From positions 1 through 57,093 of the forward strand of contig CAUJEC010000055.1 of NCBI GenBank assembly GCA_963169245.1: a DNA stretch of 57,093 nucleotides, in the 5' to 3' direction. The stretch is from Actinomycetota bacterium (GTDB taxonomy: Bacteria > Actinomycetota > Acidimicrobiia > Acidimicrobiales > Microtrichaceae). Positions within the stretch are counted from its first letter, which is position 1. Every line of letters begins with the position of its first letter. Under the pieces are notes generated by a model. It was not told the origin of the DNA, made no database searches, and saw only the letters and a list, made by a program, of their open reading frames with translations. The position numbers and the translations under genes were made by a program. This document shows positions 43,207 to 52,699 of this stretch, piece after piece.

Positions 43207-45861
43207 TCATAGTGCTGCGACAGCCTGGAGAACCTGCATGCGTGCTGCCCGCCAGGCCGGCACGATCGCTGCGACCACGCCCGAGACCAGCGCTCCGATG
43301 ACGATGATGGCCAGCGAGCCCACCGGAACTGTGTAGGTGAACACGTCGGGGTTCTCAGCCGCGATCACTGTCGAGACTGCAGCGGAGAAGACGACACCCA
43401 ACGCCAGCCCGATCCCGGTGCCGAACACGGCTATCAGTAGCGATTCGGCGAAAATCGATCGCCTTAGCTGCTTGGCAGACATCCCAACTGCCCGCAGGAG
43501 CCCGAGTTCCCTCGTTCGTTCGAGGACTGACAGTGAAAGCGTGTTGGCGATTCCGATCAGAGCGATGATCACTGCCAGCATCAGGAGCGCGTAGATGATC
43601 GCCAGGAAGGTGTCGAACGGGGCGGTCTGTGAGTCGATGTACTGCCGGATGTCTTGAACGGTGACCTCGGGCAGGTCCTTGACCTGACGTTCCAGTTCCG
43701 TTCGAACGGTCGAGTCGGAGTAGCCGTCAGCGACCTTCACGCTCAGGAGGAAGTCAAGGTTGAAGACCTTCAACATGTTCGCTTTGAAAGTGGAGATCGG
43801 TAGAAAGAACGCACTGGATCCGACGTTGTTGGGGTAGATGACCGCAACCCGAACCTTCTGCTCACCGGTCTCGGCGAAGTAGAGAGGCACTTCATCACCG
43901 ATGCGCCAGTTCCGCTTTTTAGCGACCGACTCCTCCACCGCAATGGTTCCATCGACGAAATCGCGCTTTGATCCCTGCAGTTTTCCGAAGTTCAACACGT
44001 CGAAGATCGTCTGTGGGTCCACTCCGGCCACAAGGACATCCTGTCCTCGTGGTCCTCCTACAGCAGCGCCAAAGCTGCCGGTCGATCCGTCGCTCGATCC
44101 GCTGGAGCCTTCCGCTGCATGCTTGGCGCCGTAAGCATCTGTGATGCGGACCGGGCCGAAACGCATTGGGCTCGCAACAGCGACCGAGTCAAGGGCCTTG
44201 ATTGACTTCACGGTCGATTCCGGAAGACCCGAGCCGAGTGAGAACGTGCCCACCCCGACAATGAAGTCTGCGTTGAGCGCCTCAGTGGCCGCGGTGTCGA
44301 CGCTCGCTTTGATCGAATTGGCGACAATCGCGATGAGCGTGACGAGCGTGACCCCGATAGTCAGCGCTGCCGCAGTAGAGGCCGTGCGTCGAGGGTTGCG
44401 AACTGCATTTGCCCGAGAGAGGCGCGACACGATCGAACCCCGCCACGGCGACAGGCGACCGATAGCTCCAAAGAACGGCCCGATGATGACCGGCGCCAGG
44501 ATCAGCGACACTGCGATGAGCACAAGCGCAGCCCCCGCCCCGAATGTCAGAAGTGGGTTGGGGCCAAGGTCCATGAAGCCGACGACGGCCAGACCAGAGC
44601 CGATGATGAGGACTCCCGAGCCCCACACCACTCGGCCCATGGACAGATTCGCACGGTCGACTGTGGCCTCCGATAGAGCGGCGATCGGAGGAACTCGCGA
44701 CGCCCGCAGGGAGGGGACGAAAGACGAGATCACCGTAACGCTGATTCCCACTCCGAGCGCATAGAGCACATTCGATGCGGTCGGCACGGCCTGCGTTGTG
44801 GCCATCGAGAAGATGTTGGACACAACAGAACGCAGAACCGATGCCAGCCCGGTACCGAGGAGTAGCCCGAGAAGCGAGGCGAGCGCACCCACGATGATCG
44901 CCTCGATCACATTCGCAAAGAGGATCTGTGAGCGTCGTGCACCGACTGCGCGCAGCAGGGCGGTCTCCCGTGTGCGTTGAGCTATGAGGATCGAGAAGGT
45001 GTTGTAGATGATGAACGCTGCAACGAAGAGGGCGATGTAACCGAACACGCTGACAAAGGTCAACAAGATGTCGACGATCTGGCCGATAGCGTTGACGTTC
45101 TCCGCTTTGAACTGTTCACCGGTGACGACCTGCACATCGGGCAGTGCTCCGGCAATGGCGCTCGCGAGCGTTATCTGATCAAGTCCTGGGTCAGCCGCAG
45201 CCACGACATAGTTGAACTGGCCCGGAATACGGGCGAGTTCCTGGGCCACCTCGGTCGGGAAGATAAGCGTCGTCGCCCCTGGCGATGTCTTTCCGTCGGG
45301 ACCGATGCCAACGAGCCCTACCAAGGTGAACTCACGTGTGCCCTCCTGAGACGCGACCTTGACCCGATCGCCGACCCTGAGCCCGGCATCAGCGGCGCTC
45401 GCGAAATCGAGAACCATCTCGTCGTTCGACTTCGGTCCCCTCCCGTCGGTGAGCGAACCAGAGGTGAGGCGTGGGTCGCTCTGCCAGTTGTAGACGATGG
45501 TCGGTGGACCGAAACTCGATCCGTAAACCTTCCCGTTCGAACCGATCAGCTTTGCCGTTGATGACTCAACTATCCCTGATGCAGCACGTACGCCTGAGAC
45601 TCGACGTACCTTCTCGACTACCTCCGCGTCGACCGGTACCCGCAGCTTCTGCCCGAAACCCAGATCCTGTTCCTTCGGGGAGCGTATGACCGCGTCGTAG
45701 CTGTCGTACGCGTAGTCGAAGATGCCCGAGATCGACCCCTTCAGGGTCTGAGAGAGCATCTGGGTTCCGCTCAGGAACGCGATGCCAAGAAGGATTGCCA
45801 ATCCTGTGGTCACCAGTCGCCGCTTGCGGGCGAGGATGTCCTTCAGAGCGACTCGGAGCAT
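43207..45861 (-). CDS. ABC transporter permease, duplicated FtsX/MacB-type (884 aa)
   Basis: Two FtsX-like 4-TM modules with large extracytoplasmic loops. Follows the ATPase gene after a 12-nt gap. Confidence 0.87.
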   Translation of the reverse strand: MLRVALKDILARKRRLVTTGLAILLGIAFLSGTQMLSQTLKGSISGIFDYAYDSYDAVIRSPKEQDLGFGQKLRVPVDAEVVEKVRRVSGVRAASGIVESSTAKLIGSNGKVYGSSFGPPTIVYNWQSDPRLTSGSLTDGRGPKSNDEMVLDFASAADAGLRVGDRVKVASQEGTREFTLVGLVGIGPDGKTSPGATTLIFPTEVAQELARIPGQFNYVVAAADPGLDQITLASAIAGALPDVQVVTGEQFKAENVNAIGQIVDILLTFVSVFGYIALFVAAFIIYNTFSILIAQRTRETALLRAVGARRSQILFANVIEAIIVGALASLLGLLLGTGLASVLRSVVSNIFSMATTQAVPTASNVLYALGVGISVTVISSFVPSLRASRVPPIAALSEATVDRANLSMGRVVWGSGVLIIGSGLAVVGFMDLGPNPLLTFGAGAALVLIAVSLILAPVIIGPFFGAIGRLSPWRGSIVSRLSRANAVRNPRRTASTAAALTIGVTLVTLIAIVANSIKASVDTAATEALNADFIVGVGTFSLGSGLPESTVKSIKALDSVAVASPMRFGPVRITDAYGAKHAAEGSSGSSDGSTGSFGAAVGGPRGQDVLVAGVDPQTIFDVLNFGKLQGSKRDFVDGTIAVEESVAKKRNWRIGDEVPLYFAETGEQKVRVAVIYPNNVGSSAFFLPISTFKANMLKVFNLDFLLSVKVADGYSDSTVRTELERQVKDLPEVTVQDIRQYIDSQTAPFDTFLAIIYALLMLAVIIALIGIANTLSLSVLERTRELGLLRAVGMSAKQLRRSIFAESLLIAVFGTGIGLALGVVFSAAVSTVIAAENPDVFTYTVPVGSLAIIVIGALVSGVVAAIVPAWRAARMQVLQAVAAL

Positions 45862-45873
45862 CGAGCCGTGCCC

Positions 45874-46617
45874 TCAGTCGCCCAGTTGTTTCATCAGGTC
45901 GAGCACGCGCTCAGCGGTGGGTTCGATCATCTCATCACGGATCTGGCCATCCGCGAGGAACACGACTCGGTCAGCGTGTGCGGCTGCGGTCGGATCGTGG
46001 GTGACCATGACAATCGTCTGTCCGAGTGAGTCGACGGCGTGGCGCATGAACTCGAGCAGGTCCACGCCGGAGCGAGAGTCCAGGTTCCCGGTCGGTTCAT
46101 CAGCGAAGACGATCTGGGGCTGGGTCGCGAGCGCCCTCGCGACCGCAACGCGTTGTTGTTGACCTCCAGAGAGTTCGCTCGGCCGATGGGTCAACCGTGG
46201 ACGGAGACCGAGGATATCGACCACCTGGTCCAGCCAACTCTCGTCGGGCTTTCGGCCGGCGAGATCCATTGGAAGAGTGATGTTCTCGAGAGCGGACAGG
46301 GTGGGGATCAGGTTGAACGCTTGGAACACGAACCCGATCCGGTCCCGGCGCATCTCTGTTAGCTGGGACTCGCTCAGTGTGTCGAGGTAGGTATCGGCAA
46401 TGAAGACCCTGCCGCTCGAGAGCGTGTCGAGACCGGCAAGGCAGTGCATGAGGGTCGACTTGCCAGAACCCGAGGGTCCCATGATGGCGGTGAAGCGTCC
46501 GCGCTCGAAGCTGACGGTCACCCCGTCGAGCGCCCGGACCTCGGTGTCCTCCTCGCCGTATATCTTCACGGCGTCTATCGCACCGGCGGCTGCCAGGTCG
46601 GTGCTGGTTGAACTCAT
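45874..46617 (-). CDS. ABC transporter ATP-binding protein (MacB/LolD-like)
   Basis: Walker A GPSGSGKST, signature LSGGQQQR, Walker B IVFADEPT. The ATG at 46617 is preceded by GGGGAG. Confidence 0.9.
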   Translation of the reverse strand: MSSTSTDLAAAGAIDAVKIYGEEDTEVRALDGVTVSFERGRFTAIMGPSGSGKSTLMHCLAGLDTLSSGRVFIADTYLDTLSESQLTEMRRDRIGFVFQAFNLIPTLSALENITLPMDLAGRKPDESWLDQVVDILGLRPRLTHRPSELSGGQQQRVAVARALATQPQIVFADEPTGNLDSRSGVDLLEFMRHAVDSLGQTIVMVTHDPTAAAHADRVVFLADGQIRDEMIEPTAERVLDLMKQLGD

Positions 46618-46724
46618 GGCGACTCCCCGGAGCATTGCGGTCCGGCCAATCTACCGGCTGGCTCCCAGGGGTGGGGTCAGCTCACCTCGGGCCGCGTTGA
46701 GTCTCAGCAGTGCCGCGTCGTTGT

Positions 46725-47654
46725 TCAGTCGGCCGACGCTGAACGATGCCCAAATGGCATCAGCGCCCCGGCCCATGCGAACCAGTAGCGGGGAACATCT
46801 GGAAGCGTGTCCCTTGCGATCGCATAGAGCTTTCTGGCTTCGTCACGCCGACCTAGATGGGCGGCGGCTTCTCCGCCGATTGCAGCCCAACGTGCGAGCA
46901 GTTCTGAATCTGGAATCGGGGAGCGCGAGAGAGCATCGAGCGCCTGCATCACCCATGACAGTCGCTGTTCATCCTGTGATTCACCAACACTGACCGGGGG
47001 AGACTCGTTCCAACGCAGGAGCGCCTCGGGTGTGCTTACGCACTCACGGCCCTCGGCTATGACGGCCTCGATGAGCGCGTACCCGGTCGCTACGACATCG
47101 GTCAGCTCCGCGGGCGACAGCGCCTTGAAGTAGCGGGTGGGCGCTGTGAAGGAGCCACTTCGCAGACACGCCGTCACTCCGTCGAGAGTGGGAAGGGCGA
47201 CCGGGGCTATGGGTGCCTCAGTCAGATCCGCGAAGCGTTGATCCCCACCGCAGCTGATGAAGGAAGCGCCGCTCCGATCGAGCAGCTTTGCGAGTCGTGC
47301 CAGCCAGGACGGGGCAACCTCATCAGTCGCGTCGATCGTGGTGGTCCATCGTCCACGGGCCTCGCCGAAACCGATCGCCCTGGCCTCGGGGATCGACGGA
47401 GCGTCCGCGAACACCCTGACCCGTGCGTCGGCAATCGTTGCAACAGCATCGAGGGTACTGTCGGTGGACCCGGCGTCGACGACGACGACCTCCACTGCCG
47501 CGAGGGTCTGGCTCAACACGCCGCCGACCGACCTGCTGATGGAAGCAGCGTTGTCCATTGTGGGAATCACGACGCTGAACCGCGGACGCACCGTGACAGT
47601 TTTCACCAGACCAACCGGTGATTGTGGGATGCCCCCGCCGGTGTCGTCGGGCAT
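46725..47654 (-). CDS. glycosyltransferase family 2
   Basis: FSVVIPTMDNAASISRSVGGVLSQT and a DAGSTD (DxD-type) motif. Confidence 0.8.
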   Translation of the reverse strand: MPDDTGGGIPQSPVGLVKTVTVRPRFSVVIPTMDNAASISRSVGGVLSQTLAAVEVVVVDAGSTDSTLDAVATIADARVRVFADAPSIPEARAIGFGEARGRWTTTIDATDEVAPSWLARLAKLLDRSGASFISCGGDQRFADLTEAPIAPVALPTLDGVTACLRSGSFTAPTRYFKALSPAELTDVVATGYALIEAVIAEGRECVSTPEALLRWNESPPVSVGESQDEQRLSWVMQALDALSRSPIPDSELLARWAAIGGEAAAHLGRRDEARKLYAIARDTLPDVPRYWFAWAGALMPFGHRSASAD

Positions 47655-47732
47655 GGGGCGGACTTGGGGCGGCCAGCGGCCACACCTGCCCCTGCCCTGT
47701 CGATCAGGTGGGCGATCGCCGAGATTGCGGTA

Positions 47733-49292
47733 TCAGTTGTTGATGCGGGGATGAACCCGGAACACGGCCACGTTGCCGTCGGTTGCCACTTCTTCGAGGG
47801 ACAGTCGCTTCTTCAACTCTGGAAGCGTCCATAGATGTCCATAGGTTGGGTCCTCGTCTATCCAAACCAGACAGACCTCGTGGTCCGCCGATCGCTTCTC
47901 GATGCGTTCCAGATCGTCCATCGGGTCGATCGATTCAAGCGCTGTACGTTGAGGGCTCCAGCCAGTCGGGCGTAGTGCCGGATAGAGAGCGTTGGGCAGA
48001 TTTGAATAGGTCTCACATCCCTTGGGGACCTCTCGGATGGCGGGGTTGAGCCGTACAGCGCTGAAGACCTCTCCCGCATAGTCGCCCTTGAAGAAGGGGT
48101 GACCCGCTCCAAAGGCGACCACCGCTATCAGCCCTGCGATGACGTTCGCAGCGGCCCAGGCCCCAACAGCTGCCCGAGTTCGTTGGCGCTCGATTCCGAG
48201 TCTTGGGAGCCGGTCCGCAAGAACCAGTCCCATGATGATCGTCGGGAAGTAGGCGGGGAAGAGGAGCCTCAGGTCGAGTTGGTTCAGCGCCGTGGTCGTG
48301 CGCACATAGAGCATGTAGGCCAGGTACAGCACGGCCCACATGCCGATCAGGCCGACGGGAGTGCCCAATTGGGTCCATGCAAGGGCTAGCACCTCGCGGA
48401 TCGATCCGCCTTCGGTGCGTTCTCGCAACAGCAGCCAGACCGACACGAGGGCACCGATTGTCGCTATCACGCCCACAGCGGCCCATGGCTTTGTTGCCTC
48501 GTTGAGCACACCCGGCAGAACGAACCGTCCGATGGTGGCGGCCACGTCGAACCCGTTGTCGATGAGTCCGCGGGCCGAGGTGTGACGCTCACCGGTGAAC
48601 GTGCCGTCGATGGAGTGGTTGCGCAGCATCCAGGCGATGGGAACAATGGTCGCAATCAGTCCGTAGATGACGCCGTTGCGGACCCGCTCGAGGAGCGGTC
48701 GACTGTATGCGACAAGGATCCAGAGCCCGCCGAATGCGATGAGAGTTAGTCCCACGTAACGAAGCCCGAATCCGATCCATACGAGCGATGCCGCGCCGAT
48801 GAGCAGCGGAAGCGATCGGTTCTCGATGGCTCGGGTCAGCACCAGCATCCAGACCATCACGACGAGCGCGAACACCATGTCGGTCATGAGTACGTGGCCC
48901 AGACCCACGGTGGCCGGTCCGATGGCCAGCACGACAGTTCCCAGCAGAACAAGTCGCTCGTCGCTCACGACACGTCGGATCAGGCGGTTGCCAACCAGAA
49001 CCACTCCGGCAGCGACCAGACAGTTCAGGAGCACTGCTGCGCCAACCGTGCCGAAAGGCGTCAGCCAGGCAACGCCGGCCATCAGAGTCGGCCACAGCGG
49101 TGGCCAGACAGTCACCGGGCGTTCGAGGAAATACCCGTATCCGCTGCCACTCAGGAGGGAGTCGGCGATCGCCTGATAGCCGACGCCGTCGTCGCCGATG
49201 GAGATGCCGCTCGCGTTTGCGAGGGCCACAGCGATCGCTGAGATGAGCGCGAGTGCAGGGACAACTGGGAGTGTTCGGTTCCCGATCTTCAC
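47733..49292 (-). CDS. polytopic membrane glycosyltransferase (GT39/ArnT/PMT_2-like)
   Basis: About 12 predicted TM helices with an early loop (DDGVGYQAIADSLL). I chose GTG 49292. The upstream 166 codons of the ORF-track version overlap a plus-strand gene and promoter and look non-coding. Confidence 0.68.
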   Translation of the reverse strand: MKIGNRTLPVVPALALISAIAVALANASGISIGDDGVGYQAIADSLLSGSGYGYFLERPVTVWPPLWPTLMAGVAWLTPFGTVGAAVLLNCLVAAGVVLVGNRLIRRVVSDERLVLLGTVVLAIGPATVGLGHVLMTDMVFALVVMVWMLVLTRAIENRSLPLLIGAASLVWIGFGLRYVGLTLIAFGGLWILVAYSRPLLERVRNGVIYGLIATIVPIAWMLRNHSIDGTFTGERHTSARGLIDNGFDVAATIGRFVLPGVLNEATKPWAAVGVIATIGALVSVWLLLRERTEGGSIREVLALAWTQLGTPVGLIGMWAVLYLAYMLYVRTTTALNQLDLRLLFPAYFPTIIMGLVLADRLPRLGIERQRTRAAVGAWAAANVIAGLIAVVAFGAGHPFFKGDYAGEVFSAVRLNPAIREVPKGCETYSNLPNALYPALRPTGWSPQRTALESIDPMDDLERIEKRSADHEVCLVWIDEDPTYGHLWTLPELKKRLSLEEVATDGNVAVFRVHPRINN

Positions 49293-49356
49293 CGGGACAG
49301 TGTACGGGTAGGGGATCGGGCCAGAGTGACTTTGCTCACTTTTGCGAGCGCGAATG

Positions 49357-49385
49357 TTGACGGAGTGAGCGGCGCTAGCTATAGT
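49357..49385 (+). promoter_or_regulatory. near-consensus sigma-70-type promoter (TTGACG-17 nt-TATAGT)
   Basis: TTGACG at 49357-49362 and TATAGT at 49380-49385. It lies about 70 nt upstream of a gene with a strong AAGGAG Shine-Dalgarno. Confidence 0.5.
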
Positions 49386-49457
49386 TAGCAAACAGCAAGC
49401 ACGTTGCTCGGAGCAGATAGAGCTCATGGGCAAAACACCGAACCAAGGAGTTTCAAC

Positions 49458-49775
49458 ATGACTGCAGTTCTCGACCGCGTTTCCGAGATTCAGGACCAGG
49501 TCATCGAGGTCATCACCAACGTCAACAAGCCCATCACCGACGCTGTTTCGTCGGCCGTCAGCTTTGTTGTCGAGAATGTGCCCTCGATCCCGGCAGTTCC
49601 TTTCGCTGACCAGATCCCCACCCCCAAGGAGATCATCAACAATCAGGCCAAGTTTGCCTCGAAGCTGGTGACCACCAACAAGACCGTCGCCCTCAGCGTC
49701 GCTGGTGCAGCCGCTCCTCTGACCGACCCTCTGCTCGGCCGCAAGGTTGCCGCCTCCAAGGCCAAGGCCGCCTGA
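49458..49775 (+). CDS. small conserved-looking hypothetical protein, 105 aa (helical, Lys/Ala C-terminus; phasin/HbhA-like flavour)
   Basis: AAGGAG lies 7 nt upstream of the ATG, with the strong promoter upstream and structured RNA plus a terminator downstream. Confidence 0.7.
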   Translation: MTAVLDRVSEIQDQVIEVITNVNKPITDAVSSAVSFVVENVPSIPAVPFADQIPTPKEIINNQAKFASKLVTTNKTVALSVAGAAAPLTDPLLGRKVAASKAKAA

Positions 49776-49801
49776 GTCGACTGACTCCAAAACCTAGTTC
49801 T

Positions 49802-49940
49802 GCGCCTGCCGTCCCCCCACTGGCGGGCGCACCACATCCGCTAGCCCCCCATGCGGATGTCTCGCATCCGCTACCCCCCCAAAGCGGATAGCGACAAGAC
49901 GGGCGGCCCGCTCTGTGCAGGGCCGCCCGTCTCTCTTTTT
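49802..49940 (+). ncRNA. 6C-like small RNA: three hairpins with C6-C7 loops followed by an intrinsic terminator
   Basis: Hairpins are 49802-49830 (loop GUCCCCCCACU), 49834-49860 (loop UAGCCCCCCAU) and 49866-49889 (loop ACCCCCCCAA). The terminator stem is 49898-49931, followed by UCUCUUUUU. Confidence 0.6.
49898..49940 (+). terminator. intrinsic terminator (12-bp perfect GC stem plus T-tract)
   Basis: GACGGGCGGCCC-gctctgtgca-GGGCCGCCCGTC-TCTCTTTTT. Confidence 0.8.
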
Positions 49941-49973
49941 CACAGGACTTCTTCCCGGGATCACGTCGGCAGC

Positions 49974-50001
49974 CAGCAGTCAGCAGTCAGCAGTCAGCAG
50001 T
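49974..50001. repeat. 7-bp microsatellite (CAGCAGT)x4
   Basis: Direct reading; intergenic. Confidence 0.9.
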
Positions 50002-50055
50002 CGAAATGATTCACAGTCTGGGACGGTCGACCTAGGCCGTTCTGTCGTGGGCGGC

Positions 50056-51228
50056 TCAGGCGCCGAAGCGTGCCTTGAGCTTCATGGCCGGCTGTTCGAT
50101 GAATCGCCATGAGCCCATCGACACGAGGAAGGTCAGACCGAACGCGATGGGCAGCGTAATGAGTTCGACCAGCCGGGTCCGGCCTGGAAGCGCGCCCTCG
50201 ACGAAGCCCTTGGCGATGAAGAACAACAGCAGGTGCCACATGTACATGGCATATGAGCGTTCGCCGATCCATACGAGAGGCTTGGAACGGAGAACCTTTG
50301 CGACCGGTTTGTCCGGGTTGCGGATGAGGTCGAAGACGAACACAGCGCACGCCATGATCGCGAGGTTCGCGAACGGTGAGACGAATGGCTGGAACGCATC
50401 GATGGGGGCGAGAGCCACCGAGCCCAGCATGAGGGCTAGGGCGATGTTTCCCGCAACAGAGATCCGTCGTTCGCGGGTCGGATCGTCGCGGCGGGCCCAC
50501 AGTCTCATCACGACGGCTGCCAGGCAACCAAGTGCCACGGCGTCGGGGCGCATGATGGACAGTCCGAACACCGTCGATGACAGGTTCCTTTCGCCGAGCT
50601 CGCGGGGAAGGGTCATCCGCAGCACGGGCCAGAGGACAACGAAACCGATCATCGCTGCGATAAGGGCCTTCACCTTCGCCTGGCTGACTCCCTGTCCCTC
50701 CCGAGGTCTGAACACGACGAGAAACAACAGGGGCCACAACAGGTAGAACTGCTGCTCGATGGAGAGTGTCCAGAGCTGGATCAATGCGTTGCCCTCGACG
50801 CCGAACCAGGCGACAAAGTAGTTGTAGACGTAGAAGAACACGGCCACGATCTCGCCCAGGTAGTGGTTTCGGTCCTTGCCACCCGCAGCAAGGGCGAAAA
50901 CCAGGAAGACCGCGAGGAGTGTGTAGAGGGCGGGGAAAAGTCTGACTGCCCGACGAATGTAGAAACGACGGATCGAGATCGTCTGCTTCTTCTCCATCTC
51001 GGCGAAGAGCAGCGTCGTGATCAGGAATCCCGACAGCGCGAAGAAGACGTCTACGCCGATGACCAGTCCGCCGACGAGATCTCCGAAGCTGCTCAGAAAA
51101 TGAAACACCATGATGGACATCGTCGCGATTGCCCGAAGTCCGTCGAGTTGTGGCGCCCAGCCCATCTTCCAGTCGCTGGGAGCGGCCAACCGGTCGGCTA
51201 CGGACGAACCCGTGGATGTGTCGTTCAC
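50056..51228 (-). CDS. acyltransferase family 3 (OafA/YrhL-like integral membrane O-acyltransferase)
   Basis: LDGLRAIATMSIMVFHF N-terminal motif and about 10 TM. The GTG at 51228 overlaps the stop of the upstream paralogue (GTGA). Confidence 0.8.
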   Translation of the reverse strand: MNDTSTGSSVADRLAAPSDWKMGWAPQLDGLRAIATMSIMVFHFLSSFGDLVGGLVIGVDVFFALSGFLITTLLFAEMEKKQTISIRRFYIRRAVRLFPALYTLLAVFLVFALAAGGKDRNHYLGEIVAVFFYVYNYFVAWFGVEGNALIQLWTLSIEQQFYLLWPLLFLVVFRPREGQGVSQAKVKALIAAMIGFVVLWPVLRMTLPRELGERNLSSTVFGLSIMRPDAVALGCLAAVVMRLWARRDDPTRERRISVAGNIALALMLGSVALAPIDAFQPFVSPFANLAIMACAVFVFDLIRNPDKPVAKVLRSKPLVWIGERSYAMYMWHLLLFFIAKGFVEGALPGRTRLVELITLPIAFGLTFLVSMGSWRFIEQPAMKLKARFGA

Positions 51229-52481
51229 GATGGGGCCTCGTCGTGGGGCCTGCGGAACTTGGTTTCCTTGATATGCAGAAAGGGCTTCTCGATGAACCGG
51301 AACGACGCGACCCCGGCGGCAATGCCGATCGAACCCGCTATGAGGCCCAGGATTAGGCGCTTGACGCCCCATGAGTTCTGGATCGCCGGCAGGAACACCA
51401 GAATCGGAAGCACGTGCCACAGGTAGACGCCATAGGAGCGGATGCCCAGCCACCGAAGCGGACCGAACGACAGGCCCCTGGCGATCAGACCCTCCGGTCG
51501 GACGTAAAGATCGAGAATGAAGATTCCTGTGAAGAGCAGCGCGATGTTGTACGCGGGGCCACCCAACAGATCGAAGAAACCCCTGTTGAAGACCCGGAAG
51601 TCGCTGAGCCGATTAGCCACCGCCATATAACCGAACATCACGAAGCAGCCGATTCCGCCGAGGATGCCTAGTAGCCGGCGCCAGCGTTCGTCGAGTGGGT
51701 TCGGTAGCGCCTTGTAGACGAAAGCGAGGACGGCGCCGTAAGCAATCATGTCGGGGCGAACCCCAGCTATCCGGTACAGGATCCCTGCCAAGCTCGGATT
51801 GTCCTTGTCGGTGTAGCCAATCGCTCCGACCTGTCCGGCCTCGTCGCCGACAATCGCCACGTGATGCAGGCTGAAACGCAGAGCGAACATGACAGCTATG
51901 AACAGGCCCAAACCCACCACGAGAGCCCGGTCCGATGACTTTCGGGCTTTGTTGAGGGCGAAGATGAGCAGAATCGGCCAGACGAAATAGAACTGCTCCT
52001 CGAGCGACAGGCTCCATGTGTGGCCGATCGCGCCGGTGACCTTGTTGGGGATGATCGCCGCAACCAGGTAGTAGGAGTACGTTGCCGCACCCAGCGCGTC
52101 GATCCACCAGTTCCCGAGCTCGTCGCGAACCTTCGCGCTGGCGGCGGTGAGGATCAGCATCAGGACCGTGAAAGTGATGATCATCGCGTACATCGCAGGG
52201 AACAGGCGCAGGACACGGCGTTCGTAGAAGCGACGAAGACTGTTGGTACCTGTCGCGTGGCGTTCGTCGAGGATGATCATGGTGATCAGAAACCCTGATG
52301 CGATGAAGAACCAGTCGATGACGATGAGTGCTCCGCCGAGCCAGGTGAGCAACTCGGCGTGATAGAAGACGACGATCAGGACGCCCAGCCCACGGAAACC
52401 GTCGAAGCTTGGCGTGTGTGTGAGGCGTGGCCCGTCAGTTCTGATCAACCTCTGGTCATTGACCGACAAGTTGTTGGTCAT
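51225..52481 (-). CDS. acyltransferase family 3 (paralogue)
   Basis: FDGFRGLGVLIVVFYHA motif, polytopic. ATG at 52481 (MTNNLSV). Confidence 0.8.
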   Translation of the reverse strand: MTNNLSVNDQRLIRTDGPRLTHTPSFDGFRGLGVLIVVFYHAELLTWLGGALIVIDWFFIASGFLITMIILDERHATGTNSLRRFYERRVLRLFPAMYAMIITFTVLMLILTAASAKVRDELGNWWIDALGAATYSYYLVAAIIPNKVTGAIGHTWSLSLEEQFYFVWPILLIFALNKARKSSDRALVVGLGLFIAVMFALRFSLHHVAIVGDEAGQVGAIGYTDKDNPSLAGILYRIAGVRPDMIAYGAVLAFVYKALPNPLDERWRRLLGILGGIGCFVMFGYMAVANRLSDFRVFNRGFFDLLGGPAYNIALLFTGIFILDLYVRPEGLIARGLSFGPLRWLGIRSYGVYLWHVLPILVFLPAIQNSWGVKRLILGLIAGSIGIAAGVASFRFIEKPFLHIKETKFRRPHDEAPS

Positions 52482-52699
52482 CAGCCCCCCGCTACGACCC
52501 GATCTGGTGTCGGATTTCTCCGGGGACGGTAGCCCCCGGGCCGACTGGTTCGACAATCTGAATTCGACAGACACTCAATGTGACTTGAACAAGCGACACC
52601 TGGGTCGGTGACTGAGCCAGAAACTGAGTCTGCGGCACAGCCAGGAGCCAGTCGGCGACACCCGAGCAAGTGGCATCCGAGTGGCCGAGTTCGATCACC

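Noticed and set aside
49293-49790. N-terminal 166-codon extension of the GT39-like ORF, and the 442-aa ORF 49994-51322
   Set aside because: The extension overlaps the well-supported plus-strand small gene and its promoter. The 442-aa ORF is an alternative frame of the acyltransferase-3 gene with an Arg/Pro-rich product.
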